DNA of 64,000 nt from Deltaproteobacteria bacterium (GTDB taxonomy: Bacteria > SAR324 > XYD2-FULL-50-16). Position numbers and translations under genes: made by a program. Of this stretch, positions 52,970 to 63,649 are shown piece by piece. The notes under the pieces were generated by a model, which worked only from the letters and a program-made list of their open reading frames with translations, did no database searches and was not told the DNA's origin. The stretch lies in contig JAOUME010000001.1 of NCBI GenBank assembly GCA_029881655.1, positions 2,351-66,350 on the forward strand, read 5' to 3'. The stretch's first letter is position 1; every line of letters starts with the position of its first letter.

Positions 52970-52972
52970 GCT

Positions 52973-53584
52973 ATGTTAGAAACCTATTTAAATCTTTTAG
53001 TACAGTCCATCTTCATCGAGAATATGGCACTGGCCTTTTTCTTGGGGATGTGCACCTTTTTGGCCGTCTCCAAGAAAGTCGAAACGGCTTTGGGTCTTGG
53101 AATCGCGGTTGTCGTTGTCCAAACGATCACCATTCCCGCCAACTATTTGATTTACGCCTACATCTTAAAAGAGGGTGCCTTGAGTTGGGCCGGCATGCCC
53201 AATACCGACTTAAGCTTTCTAGGTTATATCAGCTATATCGGTGTCATCGCGGCTATGGTTCAGATTTTGGAGATGGTGCTGGATAAGTACTTCACGTCTC
53301 TTTATAATGCGTTAGGGATTTTTTTACCATTAATTACGGTGAACTGCGCCATCTTGGCGGGCTCCCTGTTTATGGTCGAGAGAGATTATAATTTTCCAGA
53401 AAGCGTGGTCTACGGGATTGGGAGCGGCGCAGGATGGGCCATCGCCATTGTCGTTTTAGCTGGAATCCGCGAAAAAATGAAATACAGCGATGTACCGGAC
53501 GGCCTAAAAGGGCTGGGAATCACCTTTATCACCGTTGGACTGATGGCGATGGCTTTTATGTCGTTTTCAGGAATCCAGCTTTAA
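52973..53584 (+). CDS. nqrE: Na+-NQR subunit E
   Basis: [39 protein letters not shown]. Confidence 0.97.
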   Translation: MLETYLNLLVQSIFIENMALAFFLGMCTFLAVSKKVETALGLGIAVVVVQTITIPANYLIYAYILKEGALSWAGMPNTDLSFLGYISYIGVIAAMVQILEMVLDKYFTSLYNALGIFLPLITVNCAILAGSLFMVERDYNFPESVVYGIGSGAGWAIAIVVLAGIREKMKYSDVPDGLKGLGITFITVGLMAMAFMSFSGIQL

Positions 53585-53674
53585 GCTTTATCATCGATTT
53601 GAGTCTATATTATATTTTAATGAGCTAAGACTTTTATTAAGTTGCTTGTTTACTGCCAATAAAGAGATTTTGTA

Positions 53675-54904
53675 ATGACCGAAATATTATTAGGAGTTGC
53701 CTTTTTTACCGGTATCGTACTGAGCCTTGTTCTGGTCATCTTGTTCGCGAAATCAAGGCTTGTGAGCACTGGCAAGGTCAAGATCCTGATCAACAACGAT
53801 GAATCCAGCGCAATCGAAGTTCCAGCCGGAGATAAACTTTTAGGGGCTTTGGCCGGGCAGAAAATCTTTTTATCATCGGCCTGTGGCGGCGGCGGAACCT
53901 GTGGACAGTGCAGGGCCAAGGTCTTCGAGGGTGGTGGAGATATCTTGCCGACCGAACAAAGCCTGATCACCAAGAAAGAGGCACTAGAGGGTGAGAGACT
54001 CGCCTGTCAGGTGGCGGTCAAAAGGGACATGAAAATCGAGGTTCCCGCAGAGGTATTCTCAGTCAAGAAATGGTCCTGCAAAGTCGAATCGAATCACAAT
54101 GTCGCGACCTTCATCAAAGAATTGGTCATAAAGCTCCCGCAAGGAGAGAACGTCGATTTTAGAGCTGGTGGCTACATCCAGATCGAATGCCCGCCGCACG
54201 ACCTAAAATACGCTGATTTTATAGTTGAGGATGAATACCGGGGCGACTGGGACAAATTTAACCTCTGGAAATACCAGTCCCATGTAACCGAAGACGTAAT
54301 TCGCGCCTACTCCATGGCAAACTACCCTGAAGAAAAGGGCCTAATCAAGCTGAACGTGCGTATCGCGTCTCCGCCCCCAGGCGCTCCAGACCATATTCCT
54401 CCCGGAATCATGTCCTCCTATATTTTCAACTTGAAGCCAGGAGACGATGTTATTATATCCGGACCCTTCGGTGAGTTTTTCGCCAAGGAAACTGAGGCCG
54501 AGATGGTATTCATTGGGGGTGGAGCCGGCATGGCACCCATGCGCTCTCATATCTTTGATCAACTAAGAAGAATCAACAGCAATAGAAAAATCACCTTTTG
54601 GTACGGCGCAAGAAGCTTAAGAGAGATGTTTTACGTGGAAGACTTCGATGAACTGCAAAAAGAAAACAAAAACTTCACTTGGCACGTCGCGCTGTCCGAC
54701 CCACAGCCTGAGGACAACTGGAAAGGCTACACTGGTTTTATCCACAATGTGCTTTATGAATACTATCTCAAAGACCACCCCGCGCCAGAAGACTGCGAGT
54801 ACTATATGTGCGGCCCCCCCATGATGAACAAGGCGGTAATAGACCTTTTGGAAAGTCTTGGAGTAGAAAAAGATAACATTTTGTTGGATGACTTTGGTGG
54901 TTAA
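53675..54904 (+). CDS. nqrF: Na+-NQR subunit F
   Basis: [10 protein letters not shown] 2Fe-2[25 protein letters not shown]. Confidence 0.97.
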   Translation: MTEILLGVAFFTGIVLSLVLVILFAKSRLVSTGKVKILINNDESSAIEVPAGDKLLGALAGQKIFLSSACGGGGTCGQCRAKVFEGGGDILPTEQSLITKKEALEGERLACQVAVKRDMKIEVPAEVFSVKKWSCKVESNHNVATFIKELVIKLPQGENVDFRAGGYIQIECPPHDLKYADFIVEDEYRGDWDKFNLWKYQSHVTEDVIRAYSMANYPEEKGLIKLNVRIASPPPGAPDHIPPGIMSSYIFNLKPGDDVIISGPFGEFFAKETEAEMVFIGGGAGMAPMRSHIFDQLRRINSNRKITFWYGARSLREMFYVEDFDELQKENKNFTWHVALSDPQPEDNWKGYTGFIHNVLYEYYLKDHPAPEDCEYYMCGPPMMNKAVIDLLESLGVEKDNILLDDFGG

Positions 54905-55958
54905 GATCCATTCCCCGCTTACCAAGCCCATCTTATCTCTTACCTTACTATTAAGCCTCTTTTTTTCGGCTGGTTGCGAAAATTCAAATAGAAAACCGGA
55001 ATATCAAGTTATATCGGGCAGAACCATGGGTACCAGCTACCAGGTCAAGCTCGCCGGAAACAATCTTCCTCATAAAACACAACCGATTAAAAAGGAAATT
55101 GATTTGCGGTTAGAGCGCATCAATCAGCTGATGTCGACCTATTTTCCCGATTCTGAGTTAAACAGGCTTAACCGAACTGACAGCAAGTGGTTTCCGGTCT
55201 CCAAAGAAACCTATTTTGTTATCGGAAACGCCCAAAGGATAAGCCGAGACAGCGGAGGAGCCTTCGATATTACGGTCGGGGCTTTGGTAAATTTGTGGGG
55301 ATTCGGTAACAAAATAAGAGCCGATCAGATCCCCGATGAAAAAGCCATTTCAACTTTGAAAAATAAATTGGGTTATGATAAGATTATGTTAAACCCCGAT
55401 GAGCTTCTCATTGGGAAAAAACACCCCGAAATCACCCTTGATCTTTCGGCCATTGCCAAAGGTTACGCTGTTGACTCTGTAGCTGCCCTGTTAGAGAAAA
55501 GGGGCATTTTAGACTATATGGTCGAGATCGGCGGAGAAATTAAGGCCAGGGGCTATAAAGCTGAGAACCACCCTTGGGTTCTGGCAATCGAAAAACCGAT
55601 TCTCGAATCCAGAGAGGTTCAGAGACTTGTTTCTCTAAACGATCAAGGGATGGCGACTTCAGGGGATTACCGTAACTATTTTGAAAAAGACGGGGTAAGA
55701 TATTCACATAGCATCAATCCAAATACGGCGAGGCCCATCACCCACAAACTGGCATCGGTCAGCGTGATCAACCCTTCGACAATGATCGCTGACGGATGGG
55801 CAACCGCTTTGATGGTTCTGGGACCTGAGAAGGGTTATGAAATCGCTTTGAGAGAAAAACTCGCTGCTTATTTTATTTACAGGGAAAAAGACGGATTCGT
55901 TGAAAAGTATACCCCTGATTTCGAGAAATATTTTATCGAAACCAAAACAAGACTTTAA
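54888..55958 (+). CDS. apbE: FAD:protein FMN transferase (lipoprotein)
   Basis: Lipobox [44 protein letters not shown]. Confidence 0.94.
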   Translation: MTLVVKIHSPLTKPILSLTLLLSLFFSAGCENSNRKPEYQVISGRTMGTSYQVKLAGNNLPHKTQPIKKEIDLRLERINQLMSTYFPDSELNRLNRTDSKWFPVSKETYFVIGNAQRISRDSGGAFDITVGALVNLWGFGNKIRADQIPDEKAISTLKNKLGYDKIMLNPDELLIGKKHPEITLDLSAIAKGYAVDSVAALLEKRGILDYMVEIGGEIKARGYKAENHPWVLAIEKPILESREVQRLVSLNDQGMATSGDYRNYFEKDGVRYSHSINPNTARPITHKLASVSVINPSTMIADGWATALMVLGPEKGYEIALREKLAAYFIYREKDGFVEKYTPDFEKYFIETKTRL

Positions 55959-55964
55959 GCGTTT

Positions 55965-56153
55965 ATGAGTACCTTTATCGCCGCGTTGATCATAATTGGC
56001 TTAGCCATGCTGGCTATGTCCGTTGGCATGATCCTAAGCAATAAATGCATTCAGGGTTCTTGCGGCAACAAGAATCTCCTGGCGAAAATCCAAGGGACTT
56101 CCGCTTGCGATTTTTGCGATAAGAAACAAGACTGCTCTGAAAGCGCGTCCTGA
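55965..56153 (+). CDS. nqrM: Na+-NQR maturation protein
   Basis: TM + MSVG, I.GSCG and a CxxC cluster, directly after apbE. Confidence 0.85.
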   Translation: MSTFIAALIIIGLAMLAMSVGMILSNKCIQGSCGNKNLLAKIQGTSACDFCDKKQDCSESAS

Positions 56154-56195
56154 GACTTTAATTGGACAACTTGGTTGAGCAAAGTTGCGCCGGAT

Positions 56196-56477
56196 TCATT
56201 GAACCTGCCCGGTAATCTCAAAAAGGTGATAAACCGGATTTTTTGGCGCGATCTGAAAAGAACCCAGATACCACAGATTGTTTTTATCCTCCTGGATCAA
56301 CTCACCGGCAACAGCAAACCTAAATTTTCTGCTTTCCACTTCTACCCCCGGCTCAATCAGAACATGAAGTTGAGGGGTCTGGTCATAAAATTCCAGCGAT
56401 AAAATCTCCGCGCCTTTTGGCATCGAGAGCTCAAAGCTGTCCCTGAGTTGCAAATCAAATTTCAGAGTTTTGACCAT
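56196..56477 (-). CDS. Small hypothetical protein
   Basis: 93 aa ORF with MPKGAEILS...RKFRF..AG...YLGSFQ...VYHLFE. Confidence 0.7.
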   Translation of the reverse strand: MVKTLKFDLQLRDSFELSMPKGAEILSLEFYDQTPQLHVLIEPGVEVESRKFRFAVAGELIQEDKNNLWYLGSFQIAPKNPVYHLFEITGQVQ

Positions 56478-56493
56478 AATGTTATCCGATTGC

Positions 56494-56880
56494 TATAGTG
56501 GACCCATTTGTCCAGACAATTTTTTGTTGAGTCATATTCCTTTACTTGATCTATTTTAAGCTGCTTTTTTATCTCTTCTTTCGATAAATTTCCAACGGTT
56601 TTTTGTAGATCAGGACCGAGTGAAATCGGTTGAAGTCATAAAAGAGCATCGAAGCGTTCTTAAAATCAATTATTTCCAATGATTGAGGCTACTCGGGGTG
56701 GCTTCATGCTTGCTGGCCAACCGGGCTTGGGACATTTCCCCCGATAATTGTTCCAAAACTATCTTGGTTTTGAACTCGAGACTGAAATTTAGTTCCTTTT
56801 TTACTCATTTTCCTCTTGAATTGAAGTTTGATTTAACTATTCAGAAATGACAACCAATGGAAAAACTGTTTGAATTTATA
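56494..56880 (-). mobile_element. Internally deleted, degenerate IS3-family insertion sequence
   Basis: ATG 56808, then frameshifted OrfA-like HTH FSLEFKTKIVLEQLSGEMSQARLASKHEATPSSLNHWK*; no integrase core; imperfect TATA...TCCA ends. Confidence 0.7.
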
Positions 56881-57007
56881 GTTCCATTATACCAATTCCA
56901 TGATTGATTAGATCGATCCTATTTGCTAATAATAAGTTTGAGGAAGCGATCCGACTTGTAAAATCGGCATAACCGTTTTTTAAAAATACTTCTAGAAATC
57001 GAGCTTT

Positions 57008-57358
57008 ATGGAAAACCACCGTCAAGTCCAGAGAAATTTTCTTAAATACTACCTGGACGTGAAAGAGGAACCGGAAGGTGAAGTGATCGGCCAACTTTAC
57101 GATCTCAGCGACAAGGGGATGATGTTATTAAGCGAGCGGTCCTTAGAGGAAAATATGGAAATGGATTTCTGGATCGGTTTAAAGGAAAACGTTAACGGCA
57201 AGAACATGATCCGCGGCAGGGCAAAGAGCCTTCGCTGCGTCAAAGACATGGATTTCGACAAGCACCGGATCGGGTTTCAATTTATCGAAATCTCCAGAGA
57301 AGATACCGAAACGATCAACCAACTGATCGAACGATTCGGCTACAACATCAATCTATAA
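57008..57358 (+). CDS. PilZ-domain protein
   Basis: RQVQR (RxxxR), DLSDKG (DxSxxG), C-terminal IGFQF. Confidence 0.88.
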   Translation: MENHRQVQRNFLKYYLDVKEEPEGEVIGQLYDLSDKGMMLLSERSLEENMEMDFWIGLKENVNGKNMIRGRAKSLRCVKDMDFDKHRIGFQFIEISREDTETINQLIERFGYNINL

Positions 57359-57421
57359 GAAGAGTTTGTTTATTTTAGCCCGACCGGGGGCATGAAACGG
57401 TCGCAGAGAGTCTATGGAAAC

Positions 57422-58159
57422 TTAACGGTTGGCCATTTCGGTACTGCCCCGTTTGTTTCTAGGTGGAAGATAGTTGATGGGATCGATAGGTTTACCGTTT
57501 TTGATAACCTCGAAATGCAGGTGAATCCCGGTAGACCTGCCCGTGTTGCCCATTTTTGAAATCAGGTTCCCTTTGCGCACCAGCCTTCCTTTTTTTACGT
57601 AGATTCTGGAGTTATGGGCATAGAGTGTTTTAAGACCGCCCCCATGATTGATGATCACCGTTTTACCATAGCCCTTTTTCCAACCCGCGTAAACTACGGT
57701 ACCAGATTTGGCTGCCCTGATCTTTTCGCCAGCTGTTTTGGTGATATCGATGCCTTGGTGCATTCTTCCATGCCGTCTCCCAAACCTAGAGGAAATACTG
57801 CCCTTGGATGGCCAGAGCATTCGATCGTTCTTGGTAAAACTCTCCAAATTGACAGGATTGTACTCGTTACTTCTTGAAACGGGTTGAATCTGTTGGGGAA
57901 TAAATATTTTCATACCCGCGGAGAGATCGTTGGGGTCGTAAATTTGATTTTCCCTTTGAAGCCTGATCTGATCGACCTTAAACCTTTGGCTGATTCTAAA
58001 GAGGTTATCTCCGGGTTTAACTTGGTACCAAACCCCACCATTAATAACAGGGCGGCTGTTTTTGACCGAACAGGAACCCAAGCCCCAGATTAGCGCGGTC
58101 ATCGTCAAGCTGATCAACAATATTTTTTTTAATTCAACAAATGATTTTTTTTCGCTCAT
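57422..58159 (-). CDS. LysM + M23 peptidase lipoprotein (NlpD-like)
   Basis: Lipobox LGSC, YQVKPGDNL LysM, HQGID, YAHN, STGIHLHFE. Confidence 0.92.
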   Translation of the reverse strand: MSEKKSFVELKKILLISLTMTALIWGLGSCSVKNSRPVINGGVWYQVKPGDNLFRISQRFKVDQIRLQRENQIYDPNDLSAGMKIFIPQQIQPVSRSNEYNPVNLESFTKNDRMLWPSKGSISSRFGRRHGRMHQGIDITKTAGEKIRAAKSGTVVYAGWKKGYGKTVIINHGGGLKTLYAHNSRIYVKKGRLVRKGNLISKMGNTGRSTGIHLHFEVIKNGKPIDPINYLPPRNKRGSTEMANR

Positions 58160-58474
58160 TTTGACTAATTGATTGTTTTTGCTACCTAGTTTTCATTATA
58201 GCATGCTGTTTTATTTAGTTGTTAATTTTATTAGCTGTTTTATAATTTAATGCAATATCCGTGCTGGTTTTAAACTTTTGCCACACTTACTCATTCGCGC
58301 AGCAAATCAAACCTGATAAAGTTTATTTTTTTAATAAAAAACTTCCATGTCTGGCAATTTATCATAAAAGCATTTAAGTTCTTTTAAAAGACCTGTTGGA
58401 ATATTTTTAATAATTATGTATTCTCGTAAGATAAATTATCGAAACAGAAAAATCTTATTCACTGATTTTTATAA

Positions 58475-61400
58475 ATGAGCGCAGAACTAGCAAGCGAGCC
58501 TGAAGAGAATAAATTTAAGTCTTATCTAGAGGCATCAAAACCCCAAAATCCCGATCTGGTGGCTAATTTTATCGGGTTGCAGGACCCAAGGCAAATCGAG
58601 GGCATGGACTACATCAGAGGCCAGCTAGAGAAAAAGGGATTTCGAGTCGACTCATACGAATATAAAGTAACGACCAAAACCGAAATCAGAAGACCCATCA
58701 ACCCCAAGTTAAAAAACGGTCCCACCGAAAGAGTTACCCTTGAGGAAAAAATCAATGTCAACAGCAATTTCAAGGCCGTTCGCCAGCTCGATTGGAGAGT
58801 TTCCAAAGACCCGGAAAATATCTTGATCCTTCAGGTGACCCGCGCTAAGGGCGAGTCACTCAGCTTGCCGATCATCTTCCCCAATATCATTAAAAAAGGC
58901 CGCCAAATCCTCGTCAACCGAATCAGCAAGGTCACCCACGCCCAGCTTATCGCCAAACCGGACTTGAAGTTCGAGACAATCCCAAAACCCATCGAAGATT
59001 GCCCGGAGCTAAAAGAACAACTTCTGGAACGCTCCAAAAGAAAAAAAGGCATGCAGTCCACCGTGAGAGAATTGCTTGATATGCCAGGACTACCAGTGAG
59101 TATCTCCGAAAAAATCGCCGGAATCGCAACTGGAAAGGCGATCGACATCACCGACACAGAAGCTATTAACATCATCCTGCTTTCTGATCTACAAACCCGC
59201 TATATGGGCCTACTGCAGAATTTTATCGAGGAAGTGGCCAACAAGAGTACTCCGGTTCCGGGTCTTGCCAAACAATTCCAGGAAATGACCTTAAGCCTCA
59301 AGCCCAACTATCTGGCCAATAAATTCCAGATGTATTTTGACGAGGAAGTTCATTTCAACGACAATGCGGACGTCTTCAAACAGATTTTCAAGACTCTGCA
59401 GAAAATGGAGGAGAAAGCCATCATCGTCAATGACAAGCCGGTCACCAAAAACCAGATATTCACCCAAATCAAAAGCATCGTCGTTTTGTCCCGAAGTCAG
59501 GTCGATCCGGAGCTGTGGAAAAGATGCCTATTTCTTTATGATCCCGACGAAGAAAAAAATCTGGTCAATAAAAACGATCAGGTGATCGATGAATTGGTTG
59601 AGAATTGCAGAAAAATTATCATGAGCATCCACAGTGCAGCCTCGCAAAGCCTGCTGGAAGTCTACCTGACTCATAACGCTGATTATTTTATGAAAAATAA
59701 ATTCGTCCGTTTTGATCAGGAACCCTTCGAGAAAAATGAGCCGGCGTTTTTTAAAAGCATGGTAATGCCTCTGCTTCAGCTCAAGTCACCCAAAAAAGGT
59801 GAAAAAGAAACGATCTTTAAGCTCTTTTCTGAAAGGGGTATCGAGCCCAATAAACTGATCCACCCCGTGCATTGTATGGGGGCCGCCTACGGTTTTTTAA
59901 TTGGAAAACAGATTTTAGAGGGTATGCAAAAATTTTTACAGATCGGATTAAATACTCTTTTTCACCGCTTCGGTAAGGATTTTTTCGAGATCTGTTATGA
60001 GCGGATCATCTTTGAGGCCGGCCTGCCGGTCTCAAGAGCTAATTTCGCGAAATGGCTGATTTTAAAAAGAATTATCAACAAACCGGAAGAATTCGGTTAT
60101 ATCCCGATCGAAAATGAGACGGACTACGACCCTTTGCTGACACCCGAAATCTTGGCCGGTAGCGGTCAATCCATTTTCCCGGTCAATTTCACCTCGAAAG
60201 AGTTCACCAAAGCTTTTTTTGAAAAACAGGACCAGTTCATAGCCTTTATCCAAAGGCTCAAGGGAAGTCTGGCCACCCAGGATTCCGAATTCAGCGCGGC
60301 CCAGGTCTTTATGGATCTCGCTAACGCGGGCAGATATAATTTCCGTTCCTCCGGATTTAAAAAACAACTCAAGGGAACCTTTTTATATGACGAGCTCAGC
60401 GAGGTTATCTCGAATTCCTGTAGCGACATCAAAAAGGAAATCGAGGCAAACGCCACCAACCGAAAAGCGATCCTGAAGATCCCGCTCGCCTACTCTTCGA
60501 TCCTTTATATCGGTAGTACTTTTAGCGTTTATGTCGGGGACCATGCCGTCCAGGTCCACCTAATGGCCGTTCCGGTCCTCAATGTAGAACAACTGAGCGA
60601 CATTTCCAAGACCTTTTCCAAAAACATGATCCAACATCTCAAGCAAACCAACACCAGCGAAAGGAAAGGCTTGGTCCAGGCTATCAAGATCCTGAATGAA
60701 TACATCAAAATGTCCCTGGAGTTTACCCGGTTTAGCTCAATCCTCGTCATGGACAGGATGATCCATCATATTCTCGATCAGGAACACAAGAAATCTGAAA
60801 ATACCCCACTCCATCAAAAATATTTCGTGTCTGACCGTGACAAGCTTTTTGTTGGCAACATCAAAGACATCAATATCGGTAATCTCGCTTTGTACCAGAT
60901 CGACAACATTAAGATCAATCTTGACGAACTCGACACCATGGCCTTCGGTAAGGCTCTGCAATGTATCGGTTTTTACAAATCCGCGCAAAAAACGATCAAG
61001 GATAAAATGGAAATCATCGGCAAGGTGATGATCATTTTAGGGCGGTTCGCAACCCACCTAAAGGAAACCAAGGAATGGAAAACATACTATAAGCTCATCG
61101 AAAACCTAAAACAGTTGGTTCCCCAACCGATCGAAACCCTCAATGACAAAAAACTCAGGATGCTGAAAGTAATCAGCGACGAACTTAAAGGAATGCTTCA
61201 GACCTCGACCAACAACGATAACATCGTTAATCAACTAGTAGGGGAATGGAAAAGAAGATACCCCAGTATGATCGCCAAATTCTACTTCTACAACTCTTTT
61301 TTGGATAGCGATCAATCCTTTAAGGATAATCTGGTTTTAGAGATCAAACAATCCCGTAACTTTATCAATCTCCTAAAATCGAAGAAAAGCGTCTTCTTCT

Positions 61401-61609
61401 TTCCCGAAGGATCAAAGGACTTTCAGATCAGTCATATGAATGAAATCGGCAACTTTCTTAAAAAAATAAACTATCAGGGCAACATTTATGTCGAAATCCA
61501 AAATCTTAGCGATGAAAAGATAAATGCCATCACCAAAATGTTTTATCCCAACCACTTCTTCAAGCTCAACCAGCTAAACCCCATCAAAAAAACGCCACCC
61601 AAAGCGTAA
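58475..61609 (+). CDS. Large hypothetical protein (1044 aa)
   Basis: 3.1-kb uninterrupted ORF; no signal peptide, TM segment or recognised domain. Confidence 0.85.
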   Translation: MSAELASEPEENKFKSYLEASKPQNPDLVANFIGLQDPRQIEGMDYIRGQLEKKGFRVDSYEYKVTTKTEIRRPINPKLKNGPTERVTLEEKINVNSNFKAVRQLDWRVSKDPENILILQVTRAKGESLSLPIIFPNIIKKGRQILVNRISKVTHAQLIAKPDLKFETIPKPIEDCPELKEQLLERSKRKKGMQSTVRELLDMPGLPVSISEKIAGIATGKAIDITDTEAINIILLSDLQTRYMGLLQNFIEEVANKSTPVPGLAKQFQEMTLSLKPNYLANKFQMYFDEEVHFNDNADVFKQIFKTLQKMEEKAIIVNDKPVTKNQIFTQIKSIVVLSRSQVDPELWKRCLFLYDPDEEKNLVNKNDQVIDELVENCRKIIMSIHSAASQSLLEVYLTHNADYFMKNKFVRFDQEPFEKNEPAFFKSMVMPLLQLKSPKKGEKETIFKLFSERGIEPNKLIHPVHCMGAAYGFLIGKQILEGMQKFLQIGLNTLFHRFGKDFFEICYERIIFEAGLPVSRANFAKWLILKRIINKPEEFGYIPIENETDYDPLLTPEILAGSGQSIFPVNFTSKEFTKAFFEKQDQFIAFIQRLKGSLATQDSEFSAAQVFMDLANAGRYNFRSSGFKKQLKGTFLYDELSEVISNSCSDIKKEIEANATNRKAILKIPLAYSSILYIGSTFSVYVGDHAVQVHLMAVPVLNVEQLSDISKTFSKNMIQHLKQTNTSERKGLVQAIKILNEYIKMSLEFTRFSSILVMDRMIHHILDQEHKKSENTPLHQKYFVSDRDKLFVGNIKDINIGNLALYQIDNIKINLDELDTMAFGKALQCIGFYKSAQKTIKDKMEIIGKVMIILGRFATHLKETKEWKTYYKLIENLKQLVPQPIETLNDKKLRMLKVISDELKGMLQTSTNNDNIVNQLVGEWKRRYPSMIAKFYFYNSFLDSDQSFKDNLVLEIKQSRNFINLLKSKKSVFFFPEGSKDFQISHMNEIGNFLKKINYQGNIYVEIQNLSDEKINAITKMFYPNHFFKLNQLNPIKKTPPKA

Positions 61610-61612
61610 ATC

Positions 61613-63649
61613 CTAACCGATCTCCGAGGTGATCTTATGGACCAAAAAATGGTGGATCTGCCCTGGATCGAGTTTGACGAACAACAAATCCTCTTTCAAG
61701 GAGGCCGAGAGATAGATATATTGCGCTCCATCCTGGTTTAGGTCTAAAAAACGGTACTCTCCCTCGAAATTGAGATCGATGACCTTCTCCAGCTGAACGT
61801 GGCCCCAATGCTCCATATCGTCCAGATTAAAGATGACCAACTCAGCCTCGATGTTGATGTCTTTTAGACCCGCTTCCATCTTTAGGACGCTCCATTTTTT
61901 GTCTTTACCCCTATAAACGATTGGCCGATCTTTTGGATCGCTGAAAACGCAGGAAAGTTGACCGCCCGGGTTTTCCTCGATTTCAAGATCATGGAAATAG
62001 TCAAAAAATCTGATCTCCCTCTTGCCAATCCTGAGCAATTTATCCCTCAAATCCCTATCCTCCACCATCCGCTCGATGGGAGGCGAAAAAAAGCTCCAGT
62101 TATTCCATTCGTTCCCAACTTCACCGGATGTGCCTGGCTGTAGATTGATGTTATTTTGAACATCGGGCTTGCGGAAGGCCGGACACAAAAGCGAAATCAG
62201 GCTTGAGAGACTAAAAAGAACTTCTTCCGATTTTGACCCGAAACAAAGTCTCCTGACGATCTCAAACGAAAATTCGTCGCTGATTTCCTCAAGCGAAAGG
62301 GGAATATCACTTGCGACAAAGGGCAGCCCCAAAACCCTCCTGCAGAAATCAAGGATATTGGCCTCATCCTCAAAGTCATCCCTCGATCCTTTCTTGTTGA
62401 GAAGATACTGAAGCAATGTCGAGGTATCGTGCGTCTCAACCGTCAGTAATGTTTTTTCGCTATAGTTCTTAAGAGGTTTCCGCTTCCAATTATCATTTTC
62501 CCAACGGACAATCGCCATCCCGCTGATGTTTTCACCTTTCTTTATATAATCCTTGAGTACATTCTGAGTAACTTTAACCCGCTCAGCATCACCTGCGATC
62601 TCTCCTCTTATTTCCAAACCGCACTGAATCGCCAGATCCAGGAACCATCTGAGATTCTCTTTCCTCATTATTTCATTCTCGGTTGTGAAACGACCGTTAG
62701 GTCCACTTGTCGCTTTTTTTAGCCGCATAGGAAGAGTATACTGACCGCACCACCCCACCAGATGATCAATGAAGATACCACTTCCGATTTTTCTAATCCA
62801 GCTTAAGCGTTGAATCAAATAGTCCTTGAGTCCCGGGGTTTTTTCTCGGTAGGCCGCAATTCCCCATGCCTGCTCGGGATAACCGTTTTGCGGTTCGGGA
62901 GAACAGCCCACTTGGCGGCTTTGATCGAAGACCTCCGGATGGAAATAAACATCCGGACTATGGCACTCGATCCCGAAGGGTAAGTTGACGATAATCCCGA
63001 TCTTTTTCATATCCAGTGCCTGAATCAGGTTTTGTCTTTGCTCGAAACACAGGAACTGAATATAGCGGTGATATAATAGCCGCTCCCTATTCTCCAAAAC
63101 CAGTTTTAAGACCTTGGGATGGTTGACCTCACGGTATTCTTTCCTGTCCAGGGAAATGGATTTTTCCTTGTAAAGCGCAAAAAGAGCATACTCGTTTATC
63201 CAGTAACGGGCGGTCTCCAAAAAAGACTCGAACTCCTTGTTCCTCTGGATGGAAACCTGAGTGATAAATATTTTAAAGCATTCCCTTAAGACCAGATCCA
63301 GCAGACTCCGCTTTAAGGTATAGCTTACCCGGCGGTTTGAACTGAATTTCTCCTTGTAGCTCAGCTCGATCTCGGTCAAAAAACGAAAGAGTGACTTGTT
63401 CAGGTTAAGCTCGGGTATCAAAAACAGATCCAGTTCATCAGGATTCAAGGCGAACCCGCTGTTTAGTGAAAAAGGACTGGCTGTATCGGATGAACGACTG
63501 CCGTTGGGAAGATCATAAATATCTCCCCGGATGCCCAACTCAACCATCAGGTCGCTTAAATGATGAAGGCCCGCGATAGTTCCTGTACCCAAGGACCTGC
63601 CCTTTACGCTGTTGAGCTGTGAAGTCGCAACCAGTAGATTAAGTTTCAT
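61613..63649 (-). CDS. Divergent 4-alpha-glucanotransferase (GH77)
   Basis: SPFSLNSGFALNP, LPFG, VGCSPE....QAWG, FIDH, GEIAG, ETHDT, INLQPG, NW. Confidence 0.75.
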   Translation of the reverse strand: MKLNLLVATSQLNSVKGRSLGTGTIAGLHHLSDLMVELGIRGDIYDLPNGSRSSDTASPFSLNSGFALNPDELDLFLIPELNLNKSLFRFLTEIELSYKEKFSSNRRVSYTLKRSLLDLVLRECFKIFITQVSIQRNKEFESFLETARYWINEYALFALYKEKSISLDRKEYREVNHPKVLKLVLENRERLLYHRYIQFLCFEQRQNLIQALDMKKIGIIVNLPFGIECHSPDVYFHPEVFDQSRQVGCSPEPQNGYPEQAWGIAAYREKTPGLKDYLIQRLSWIRKIGSGIFIDHLVGWCGQYTLPMRLKKATSGPNGRFTTENEIMRKENLRWFLDLAIQCGLEIRGEIAGDAERVKVTQNVLKDYIKKGENISGMAIVRWENDNWKRKPLKNYSEKTLLTVETHDTSTLLQYLLNKKGSRDDFEDEANILDFCRRVLGLPFVASDIPLSLEEISDEFSFEIVRRLCFGSKSEEVLFSLSSLISLLCPAFRKPDVQNNINLQPGTSGEVGNEWNNWSFFSPPIERMVEDRDLRDKLLRIGKREIRFFDYFHDLEIEENPGGQLSCVFSDPKDRPIVYRGKDKKWSVLKMEAGLKDINIEAELVIFNLDDMEHWGHVQLEKVIDLNFEGEYRFLDLNQDGAQYIYLSASLKEDLLFVKLDPGQIHHFLVHKITSEIG

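Noticed and set aside
58251..58266. Sigma54-like CAGCACGGATATTGCA upstream of the LysM-M23 gene
   Set aside because: The invariant -24 GG is AG; not supportable without TSS data.
61385..61420. FFPEG in the 1044-aa protein as an acyltransferase motif
   Set aside because: No appropriately placed HxxxxD block or other PlsC features.
429..62439. Many 60-185 aa ORFs antisense to or nested in recognised genes (e.g. 32877-33431, 34130-34561)
   Set aside because: Shadow frames of strongly supported genes, with no motifs of their own.
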